Source: Candidatus Babeliales bacterium (GTDB lineage Bacteria; Babelota; Babeliae; Babelales; JANWKD01). From it: DNA of 64,000 bases. Where the stretch lies: positions 1 to 64,000 of the forward strand of contig OY969622.1 in NCBI GenBank assembly GCA_963701665.1, read 5' to 3'. The translations under genes were made by a program, and so were the position numbers. The notes beneath the pieces are model-generated. The model had not been told where the DNA came from, ran no database searches, and was given only the letters and a program-made list of their open reading frames with translations. Positions 50,683 to 58,772 of the stretch are shown here, piece by piece. Each line of letters starts with the position of its first letter. Position 1 is the first letter of the stretch.

Positions 50683-51879
50683 ATGAAGCAATTATTTTAT
50701 TATCTAACAAAAAATGGCTTATTCTTAGCTGTTTTCTTAACGCAAATCAGTTTGACGGTTCCTCTTAAAGCTATGGAAACTACTGAAGAAGAACCGCGAA
50801 TCTCTGAAGAAACGACTCAATTAGAACATTTGCCTGATGAACTATTGATTGAAGTTGCATTAAATCTTTTTCCAGAAACGATTACTGATTCTTCTCAAAA
50901 CCCAATTGTTGGGGGCTTTATAAAATTATCCAAATTAATGCTAACCAATAAAAGATTCTATACTATAGTTCATGATCCATATTTTCTTGGCTTGCTTGAA
51001 AAAAGATTGATTTCAAGTATTGAAGACCCTTCTTTAATTTCAGCAGCATTAAGCAGTTTAAATGCCTTAGGTGTGAAAGATCAAAAGCTCTTATATGTGC
51101 TAAATAAAGCTAATGAGCAAATAATTTTAATGAGAGATGCTTCTGATTCTATGCTTAACAAAGATATCGAAAAATTTAAAAAAATAATTGCAAAAATAGA
51201 TGACCCAAATTTTTCTGTTTTCCAGGGATATTCTATAATTGATGAAGCCGATAATGTTGTAAAAAAATATAGTAAAATTCCAGCCCTTGACGTAGCAATA
51301 AGTTCAGGCCGTAAAAATTTTGTTGAATCGTTGTTAGAACATGGCGCTGATCCAAATATTTATCTTCCTAGTGGTCTCACACTCCTAACAGCAGCAGCAA
51401 CGTTTCCGAAATCTAAGGGAACTGAGCTCGTTGAATTATTGTTATCAAAGGGAGTTGAAATTAATACAAAAGATCGGTTTGGAAGTACTGCATTAAACAT
51501 AGCAGCACATTATGGTAACAATGAATTGGTATCCCTGTTAATTAAACGGGGTGCAAGTATAGAATCAAGAGCCTCGCAAAGTCTTACACCTTTTTTAAAT
51601 AATGCAGCTAATAGAATAGAAAATTTAAGAAATCAGCTTGAAACAGCACTAGTATTAATTAAAAACGGTGCTGACATTAATGCGCAGGCAGACAATGGTA
51701 AAACTGCATTAATGTTTGCAGTTAAACACGATAATCCTCAATTAGTTGGCATGTTATTGAAATATGGTGCTAACACTGAGCTGCCGGATATAACAGGTCA
51801 GACTGCATTATCAATAGCTAAGAAGAAAAATAATCCGCAAATATTGAAGTTATTTGCACCATATAAGAAAAGAGAATAA
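50683..51879 (+). CDS. Signal-peptide F-box-like/ankyrin protein
   Basis: KAMET; LEHLPDELLIEVALNL...LMLTNKRFY; C-terminal ankyrin repeats. Confidence 0.88.
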   Translation: MKQLFYYLTKNGLFLAVFLTQISLTVPLKAMETTEEEPRISEETTQLEHLPDELLIEVALNLFPETITDSSQNPIVGGFIKLSKLMLTNKRFYTIVHDPYFLGLLEKRLISSIEDPSLISAALSSLNALGVKDQKLLYVLNKANEQIILMRDASDSMLNKDIEKFKKIIAKIDDPNFSVFQGYSIIDEADNVVKKYSKIPALDVAISSGRKNFVESLLEHGADPNIYLPSGLTLLTAAATFPKSKGTELVELLLSKGVEINTKDRFGSTALNIAAHYGNNELVSLLIKRGASIESRASQSLTPFLNNAANRIENLRNQLETALVLIKNGADINAQADNGKTALMFAVKHDNPQLVGMLLKYGANTELPDITGQTALSIAKKKNNPQILKLFAPYKKRE

Positions 51880-51882
51880 GTT

Positions 51883-53049
51883 ATGAAGCAATTGTTTTCG
51901 TATCTAACAAAAAATGGCTTATTCTTAGCTATCTTCTTTTCACAAATCAGTTTGATAGTTCCCCTTAAGGGCATGGAAACTCCTGAGGAAAGTGCGCAAT
52001 TAGAAACTTTACCTGATGAAATATTGGTTAATATTGCGTTAAATTTTTTCCCAGTAACTATTACTGATGCTTCGCAAATTGTTGAAGGTTTTAAAAAACT
52101 ATCAAAATTAATGCTTACCAATACTCGATTCTATGATTTAATTCATTCGCCTTACTTTCTCGATTTGCTTAAAAAACGATTAATTGCAGGAGTTGATAGC
52201 TCTCTTATCATTCAATCAGCGTTAGATGTGGTAGATGCAATGGGTATGAGAGATAAAGCTTTCTTTTCTGTGCTAAATAAAGCGAAAGATCAAATAAGCT
52301 TAATGGAAGATGCCTTTTGGATGATGTTTCATAAGAGTATCGCAGAATTTAAAAAAATAATTGCACAAATAGAAGAACAAAATTTTTCTATACTTTTTGC
52401 GGACACTCATGTCGATGAAGAGAATAACGTTATAACAAAATATCTTAAAACGCCAGCACTTGAGTCAGCGATAACGGTAGGGGGTAAAGATTTCGTTGCT
52501 GTAGTATTGGAGCATGGCGCTGATCCAAATATCAAATTTCCTAGCGGCTTTACATCTTTAACGCAAGCCGCAACACTCCCTCCGCCTCTTGGCGCTGAGA
52601 TTGTCGAATTGTTATTATCAAAGGGGGCAAGAATTAATGAAAAGAATCAATTTGGCTCAACTCCATTAAACACAGCAGCATTGCATGGAAACTATGAATT
52701 GGTACAGTTGTTAATCAAAAAAGGTGCAAATATAGAAACCAGGGCAGCAGGAGGTTTTACGCCCTTTTTAAGTAATACGGGTAGTCACATTGAAAATTTA
52801 AGAAATCAGCTTGAAACAGCATTAGTACTCATTAAAAATGGTGCTGATATTAATGCGCAAACAACTTTCAACGGTAAAACAGCCTTAATATTTGCAGTTA
52901 AACACGATAATCCTCAATTAGTTGGCATGTTATTGAAGCATGGTGCTGATGCTCAACTAGAAGACAACAAAGGTAATACCGCCTTATCAATAGCCAAGAA
53001 AAAAAATAATCCACAAATATTAAAGTTATTTGCACAATATAAAAATTAA
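51883..53049 (+). CDS. Signal-peptide F-box-like/ankyrin protein (tandem paralog)
   Basis: KGMET; LETLPDEILVNIALNF...LMLTNTRFY; ankyrin repeats; colinear with the upstream gene. Confidence 0.88.
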   Translation: MKQLFSYLTKNGLFLAIFFSQISLIVPLKGMETPEESAQLETLPDEILVNIALNFFPVTITDASQIVEGFKKLSKLMLTNTRFYDLIHSPYFLDLLKKRLIAGVDSSLIIQSALDVVDAMGMRDKAFFSVLNKAKDQISLMEDAFWMMFHKSIAEFKKIIAQIEEQNFSILFADTHVDEENNVITKYLKTPALESAITVGGKDFVAVVLEHGADPNIKFPSGFTSLTQAATLPPPLGAEIVELLLSKGARINEKNQFGSTPLNTAALHGNYELVQLLIKKGANIETRAAGGFTPFLSNTGSHIENLRNQLETALVLIKNGADINAQTTFNGKTALIFAVKHDNPQLVGMLLKHGADAQLEDNKGNTALSIAKKKNNPQILKLFAQYKN

Positions 53050-53612
53050 ACAACACACGGCTTAAAAGCCGTGGATTTAGAAGCACAAGATGAAAGCTTT
53101 TTATTGATTTCTAACATAATTGAGAATTGTCTCTTCCGAACAATGTCCAAATGTTTCGGAGAAATATCCATCCGCCCAAAAATCATTACCCCACAAAAAT
53201 TTCTTTATTTCAGGCAATTCAGCTCTAAGCATTTTACTTAAATGCGTTTGAGTAGTTGAACTGCCTTGCTCACACTTACACTTGGTGGTAATTGTATTAC
53301 AAGATGTACATGGTCTATCTGAATATTTAATTCCTGAATTTCCCATGCATTAATTTCTGCACATTCTCGCAAGAGTTCTCCTAACCTACTCTTAACGTTT
53401 CCTTCTAATACTTTTTTTCTATATTTCGGTAACCAAACTATGTGATACATGTGCCTATGTGTTGTATGCGCTCCGTGCCAATATTTCTTTGTCATACCAT
53501 TAGTATGACAAAACTAACCTCGCTTCGCAAAAACTTACATTTTTGCTTTGCTCGCGCATTTGATGACATTCATCCCCAGGTTTAAAACCCTGGGGTTTTC
53601 TGTCATGGAAAA
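53050..53612 (-). mobile_element. IS200-like element (ends approximate)
   Basis: Subterminal hairpins CACGGCTTAAAAGCCGTG (~53056-53073) and CCCCAGGTTTAAAACCCTGGGG (~53574-53595) flank tnpA; no tnpB. Confidence 0.75.
53101..53495 (-). pseudogene. tnpA: IS200/IS605 Y1 transposase TnpA, frameshifted
   Basis: YHIVWLPKYRK and DHVHL (HUH) are in one frame; SKMLR.E.PE...LWG..FW.DGYF and NYVRNQ are in another. The break is near 53240. Confidence 0.9.
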
Positions 53613-53619
53613 TAAAACT

Positions 53620-53723
53620 TGTAAGGAATTAATTAAAGTTCTGGATTCTACTTCGTTAAAACTTCGTAGAACAGGTCCCCACAGCCCTTCGGAGCTCGTA
53701 GAGCGAAGTAGGGTCGGAATGAC
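53620..53723. repeat. Right half of an RPE/REPIN-like element with nested hairpins
   Basis: AAGGAATTAATTAAAGTTCTGGATTC...TCGGAATGAC; the left half is missing where the IS200 end lies. Confidence 0.7.
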
Positions 53724-53733
53724 ACCCCTTGTG

Positions 53734-55212
53734 TCATTTTAAATATTTCTTAAGCAATTCCTGCAAAATTTTAGGATTTGCTTTTCCTTGCGTTTTGCTC
53801 ATTGCCTGTCCAACAAAGAAGCCAAAAAGCTTTTCTTTACCCGCTTTATATTCAGCAACGTGCTGTGCATTTTCAGCAATAATTGTTTTTACAATTGTTT
53901 CTAATTCTTCTGTTGAACCAATTTGTTGTAATCCTTTTTCTTTAACAATCTGTTCGGGGTCTTGGCCAGTTTTTGCAATAGTGGCAAAAATTTCCTGTGC
54001 CGTGCGGTTGTTAATGATTCCTTGATCAACCAAGATAACTAACTTTGCAAGTCTTTCTGGCGTTATTTTGCATTCGGCTAAACTAATTTTCTCATTTTTC
54101 AACAGCGCCATGATATCGCGCAACACCCAGTTAATAAGCTGCTTGCTTTGCGTGTATTTGAGTGCTTCTTCGAAGTAGTCGCATAATTCTAAATCTTCAA
54201 TCAAAATATCTGCTTCATAGGGCGAAATGCCAATCTCTGAAACATAACGCTCGAATCGCCGTTGAGGGAGTTCTGGCATTATATCTTGAACGCGCGCAAT
54301 CATGTCACTCGTAATTTCAACGAGCGGCAAATCGGGATCTTCAAAATAGCGATAATCTGCAGCTTCTTCTTTTGAGCGCATTGGCTTCGTGCATTGTTCT
54401 TTGGTATCCCATAAGCGCGTTTCTTGGCGCACTTTTTGCCCCGATTCAAGCAGTTCTACTTGGCGCTCGATTTCATATTCGACCGCATCACCAATAAATT
54501 TAAACGAGTTAATATTTTTAAGCTCAACGCGTGTGCCAAATTTTGTTGCACCTTTTTTTCGCATGGAAATATTGGTATCCGCTCGGAAGGCACCCTCTTG
54601 CATGTTGCCGGAACAGATGCGCAAATACATAACAATGAGGCGCAATACTTTAAGATACGCTTTTGCTTCTGTTGCATTGGCAATATCGGGATGGCTGACA
54701 ATTTCAAGCAGCGGTGTCCCGGTACGATTTAAATCAACAAAACTTTCATTGGTGGTCGGCGCGTGAATATTTTTCCCCGCATCTTCTTCCATATGAATTC
54801 TGATGAGCCGAACTTTTTTTGTGCTGCCGTCTTCAAGCATAATAGGAACATAACCGTCGAGACAAACTGGCTTATCACTTTGGGTAACTTGATAATTTTT
54901 TGGCAAATCGGGATAAAAATAATGTTTTCGAGCGAATTCTGAAACGGGTGGAATAGTAGAGTTGGTTGCGAGCCCCGCCATGATGGCATTATGCACAACC
55001 TGTTTATTTAATACGGGTAAAACACCAGGATAGCCTGCACACACTTGGCAAATATTCTTATTCTGTTCGTGTGACTGCTCATTGGAGCAAGAACAAAAAA
55101 TCTTACTTTTTGTGTTGAGTTGAACATGAACTTCAATGCCGATTACACATTCATAATCAGGGTATTTATTTAAAATTGAAGATTGCTCGGCCATCTGTCT
55201 TTCCTTATACAT
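53734..55212 (-). CDS. gatB: Asp/Glu-tRNA amidotransferase subunit B
   Basis: IGIEVHVQL, RKHYFYPDLPKNYQ, HMEEDAGK, DLNRTGTPLLEIV, RSKEEA.DYRYF. Confidence 0.97.
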   Translation of the reverse strand: MYKERQMAEQSSILNKYPDYECVIGIEVHVQLNTKSKIFCSCSNEQSHEQNKNICQVCAGYPGVLPVLNKQVVHNAIMAGLATNSTIPPVSEFARKHYFYPDLPKNYQVTQSDKPVCLDGYVPIMLEDGSTKKVRLIRIHMEEDAGKNIHAPTTNESFVDLNRTGTPLLEIVSHPDIANATEAKAYLKVLRLIVMYLRICSGNMQEGAFRADTNISMRKKGATKFGTRVELKNINSFKFIGDAVEYEIERQVELLESGQKVRQETRLWDTKEQCTKPMRSKEEAADYRYFEDPDLPLVEITSDMIARVQDIMPELPQRRFERYVSEIGISPYEADILIEDLELCDYFEEALKYTQSKQLINWVLRDIMALLKNEKISLAECKITPERLAKLVILVDQGIINNRTAQEIFATIAKTGQDPEQIVKEKGLQQIGSTEELETIVKTIIAENAQHVAEYKAGKEKLFGFFVGQAMSKTQGKANPKILQELLKKYLK

Positions 55213-55266
55213 TCTGTGCTCAAAAATTAGGTATTAGTATAGCAAAAATCGCATAAACAGTAATGC

Positions 55267-55295
55267 TTGACAGCATCTTGTTAAAACATTACAAT
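55267..55295 (+). promoter_or_regulatory. Sigma70 promoter of ssrA
   Basis: TTGACA-17 nt-TACAAT. Confidence 0.75.
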
Positions 55296-55330
55296 TAGAA
55301 ATGAAATTTTAACATTTCTTTGAAATTTTT

Positions 55331-55769
55331 GGGGGCGTCCAGGTTTCGACGTGTTATAGATGACACAAGGAGCATGCCGAGTTTTGGCTGGGAACTCGTA
55401 AAAAACGGTCAAAATAATAAATGCAGATCAAAATATTGGTCTATTAAGTCAAGCTCAAAGCTATGTTAACCGTGCAGCAGTTGCTGCTCAAAACGTTGTA
55501 ACCAACGCTTTTGCAGGAATGGCATTCGCTTAATTTTGTCTTAATCTTGTCAGCGAGGCGTGCTTATCAGTTGAGCTGACACGTATAATAAAAGATAAGA
55601 TTCTTGCATGAGACTTTTTTGTTGGGTAGTTCAAGAATATCACGCAACAAGCCTATGATTATTCTTCTGTTTTCGAGGGTTATCATTTGTATATTCGGAA
55701 ACTAAGCATGTAGCTTGCTTTGGGTCTGACATGATGCGGACATGGGTTCGATTCCCATCGCCTCCACCA
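55331..55769 (+). ncRNA. ssrA: tmRNA (439 nt)
   Basis: GGGGGCG/CGCCTCC-ACCA acceptor stem with G3:U; GGTTTCGAC at the 5' end; GGTTCGATTCC T-arm; ATAAAT-GCA resume signal; tag ORF 55423-55533. Confidence 0.95.
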
Positions 55770-56110
55770 GTCTTCGTTTATCCGGGCCTTCCGGCTCGGC
55801 AAACTACGCCTGGCTTCGCCCTGCAGGTAGATTTAAATAAAAAATAAAACGAAGACTGTCCGGCATAGCTTCTTTAACGAAGAAATTGGTAGTCTCAAAG
55901 TGAAAGCGACGACGGACTAATTTTCGCTCCTCCGGAGCTTCGCCTGGCGCAGCCATTTTCTTAAATGATTTTAAATATCAGTTGGCTTTCTTGGCCAAAA
56001 TGCGAAGACTGCCCGGCATAGCATGCTGCAACGTAGTAGTTGACTATCTCAAAACAAAAGCGACGACGGGCGTTGTTCTCTTCGTTTATCCGGGCCTTCT
56101 GGCTCCGCCA
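55768..56110. repeat. REP/BIME-like tandem hairpin cluster downstream of ssrA
   Basis: CGAAGACTG(T/C)CCGGCATAGC...TCTCAAA..AAAGCGACGACGG twice about 150 bp apart; TCTTCGTTTATCCGGGCCTTC twice. Confidence 0.75.
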
Positions 56111-56156
56111 GTTTTCTTTAAGGAAATGATAAAAAGAATTATCGGTTAACAAGGTT

Positions 56157-56254
56157 GTCATCCCGAGGCTTTAGCCGTGGGGATCCAAACTTTAATTAAT
56201 TCCTTAAAGGAACTGATTTTATAATTGGATTGCCACGCTTACGCTCGCAATGAC
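56157..56254. repeat. RPE/REPIN-like palindromic element
   Basis: GTCATCCCGAG...AATTCCTTAAAGGAA...CTCGCAATGAC. Confidence 0.9.
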
Positions 56255-56311
56255 AATTTCGCTTTCAAAATCATTTTTTCTTTTTAAGAAATGTTAATTC
56301 ATCGACTTGGT

Positions 56312-57823
56312 TTACTGCACAATCTTAAACTCATCAAGCGGAATTTCATCACTACTTTCTAAAACCAATTTAAACCCAAAATTTTTCTCAAAGTAAAAAA
56401 TCGAATTGTATTCATGATTTGTTATGTAATCAAATACTCGTGGATGTACCGCGATGGTGAGCATATTATGCCCTTTGTTGGCATATAATGCTTGCTTGAT
56501 ATTTGGCAGTATATTAAAGCAAATTGTTTGAATTGTTTTGATGTACCCAAGTCCTTGGCATGTTGGGCATGATTCGGTCAATTCTTGAATGAGCGTTTTT
56601 CCTGAACGTTTCCGAGTCATCTGCACCAGGCCAAATTCGGAAATCTTCAGTACCACCGATTGAAATTTATCCCGTTCTTTGAGCATCTTTTCAAACGTTT
56701 TAAATACCTTTTGTCTATTTGCCGGTGAAGACATATCAATAAAATCGATGACGATAAGGCCACCAATGTTGCGCAAGCGTAACTGGCGAGTAATTTCTTC
56801 TGCCGCCTCGAGATTTGTTTTTAAAATTGTTTCTTCAAGATCACTTCTGCCGATATAGCGGCCAGTATTAACATCAATCACCGTCATTGCCTGTGTGGTT
56901 TCTATAATGATAGAACCACCTGAGCGCAAATGCACTTTTTCCGATAATGCTTGTTGCAATTGCTTAGTGATATCATATTGTTCAAAAAGATCGTGTGTTC
57001 CTGAAAAAAAATGGATCTTATAGCTAAATTCGGGTGCCATTTTTTTGACAAATTTATAGATCTCTTGTTGGTTTTCTTTATTGTCAGAAGTTACTTCTTC
57101 AACATCATCATCAAGGTGATCGCGTACAATTTGTAAGGTTAGCGGTAAATCTTCATAAATTTTTTCTTGTGGCTGTGCATCATTATATTTCTTTTCAATG
57201 AAGCGCCATGTTGAAACTAAATACTGGAGATCCTGTGCAATCTCTTTTTCCTGGCGCCCTTCAGACGTCGTGCGTATAATGGCTCCCATGCCTTCAGGAA
57301 GGTTTTTTGCTAAAATTTCTTTAAGTCGCTGACGTTCTTCACGTTCTTCAATCTTTTTTGATATGGCAATGCGAGGAATATTGGGCATGAGAACGATAAA
57401 TCTGCCAGGCAATGTGAAGCAGGTGGTGAGTTTTGCGCCTTTTTCATAGACGGGTTCCTTGCTCACTTGCACTAAAATTGACTCGCCTTCTTTGAGAATT
57501 TTGCCTATATCCATGGCAGTATGCGGGATTTTTGCGCTTACTTCATGCCCATCCTCGTCTTCCAACTCGACTGAAGCGGTCATTTTTTCAATTGCCATCT
57601 CGCGATCTATTTCCGAGATGTGCAAAAATCCAGCTTTTTCTTGCCCAATATCAACAAAGGCAGTTTGAATACCAGGCAGCACTTTAATGATGGTACCCTT
57701 AAAAAAGGATCGTTCAAGTGTTTGAATGGTGTGAGATGAGAAATAGATATTTTGTAATTCATCGTCACGGGTTACGGCGATTTTTGTTTGCCAAGGGTTT
57801 GCACTAATTAAAATTTTTTTCAT
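56312..57823 (-). CDS. rng: Ribonuclease E/G family (RNase G-sized)
   Basis: VLPGIQTAFVDIG, QV.KEP..EKGAKLT, IDVNTG, RLRNIGGLIVIDFIDM, CPTCQG. Confidence 0.93.
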   Translation of the reverse strand: MKKILISANPWQTKIAVTRDDELQNIYFSSHTIQTLERSFFKGTIIKVLPGIQTAFVDIGQEKAGFLHISEIDREMAIEKMTASVELEDEDGHEVSAKIPHTAMDIGKILKEGESILVQVSKEPVYEKGAKLTTCFTLPGRFIVLMPNIPRIAISKKIEEREERQRLKEILAKNLPEGMGAIIRTTSEGRQEKEIAQDLQYLVSTWRFIEKKYNDAQPQEKIYEDLPLTLQIVRDHLDDDVEEVTSDNKENQQEIYKFVKKMAPEFSYKIHFFSGTHDLFEQYDITKQLQQALSEKVHLRSGGSIIIETTQAMTVIDVNTGRYIGRSDLEETILKTNLEAAEEITRQLRLRNIGGLIVIDFIDMSSPANRQKVFKTFEKMLKERDKFQSVVLKISEFGLVQMTRKRSGKTLIQELTESCPTCQGLGYIKTIQTICFNILPNIKQALYANKGHNMLTIAVHPRVFDYITNHEYNSIFYFEKNFGFKLVLESSDEIPLDEFKIVQ

Positions 57824-58062
57824 ACATTTTTTCCGATGACTATGTTCTAACATTCATGATGGTCTCAATGCTTAGTATTACAGTATAGGAATGTTAGAAG
57901 TATAGCTTTTTTGCCTTTACTCATAAGTATACCGGAACTTAGTTCTAAAGAGTAGAAATTAGCTCATATTATTATTTTGTGGGTAGAAAATTAAAAAAAA
58001 TTGTGATACAGTTCCTTCTGTAAAAATCATAGTATGTGTTACAAATCATCATAAGGAAAAAA

Positions 58063-58719
58063 ATGGCACACGCTTCAGACAAAAGATTACTTATTTCATT
58101 AACAGCTTTATTACTCATGCTTTCGGGGTGCGGGGGGTCAAAGAAAACATCATCTGACAGAGAAAGGCGCCATGAATCTTCTGAAGATATGGCTATGCCG
58201 GTTGCTCACAATGAATCAATGGTGAGCGTTTTTGATGATGGACTCGATGCATTTGTACTCGAAGACGATGTAGAAAATCCATTTGTACAGGAGCCAGTGA
58301 CGGTGGCTGATAATTCGCGCGATCTTGATATTTCATGGGAAGAGCCAACGCACTTGAAAGAAGAAATCAGAGTTGTTTATTTTAATTACGACAGTTCAAA
58401 ACCATTGGAAGAGCAACAAGGCGCTCTAGAAGATATGACTAAAAAAGCCCAAGAAATTTATCGCAGCGATCGTACCGTATGTGTTAAAGGGCATGCATGC
58501 AGATATCATGGTACCGCTGCTTATAACGTTGCGCTTTCTATGGAACGAGCAACAACTATCAAAGAAAAATTGTTAGATGTGGGAATTCCTGAATCTCATT
58601 TGAAAGTATTTGGTGTAGGCTATGAAGAGCCTGCTCAATCTACCTTAGAAGGACAAGCGGTCACCTTGGAAAGTGAAGCGCCAAATCGTCGCGTTGAATT
58701 GTACTCATTAGCTGCTTAG
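58063..58719 (+). CDS. OmpA/Pal-family lipoprotein
   Basis: LSGC lipobox; VYFNYDS, GHA, YN..LS.ERA, G.G.E.P, NRRVE. Confidence 0.88.
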   Translation: MAHASDKRLLISLTALLLMLSGCGGSKKTSSDRERRHESSEDMAMPVAHNESMVSVFDDGLDAFVLEDDVENPFVQEPVTVADNSRDLDISWEEPTHLKEEIRVVYFNYDSSKPLEEQQGALEDMTKKAQEIYRSDRTVCVKGHACRYHGTAAYNVALSMERATTIKEKLLDVGIPESHLKVFGVGYEEPAQSTLEGQAVTLESEAPNRRVELYSLAA

Positions 58720-58727
58720 AATCAATA

Positions 58728-58757
58728 AAGAGGGGATTTCATAAGAACTCCCCTCTT
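58728..58757. terminator. Terminator hairpin between convergent genes
   Basis: AAGAGGGGA...TCCCCTCTT. Confidence 0.7.
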
Positions 58758-58772
58758 ACAAAAAAAGTTATA

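Noticed and set aside
53230..53250. Programmed frameshift in IS200 tnpA
   Set aside because: No slippery sequence, and IS200 TnpA is normally a single ORF. A 1-bp deletion or sequencing error is simpler.
55770..56311. Prophage or integrative element at ssrA
   Set aside because: No integrase and no duplicated tmRNA 3' end; rng follows within 550 bp.
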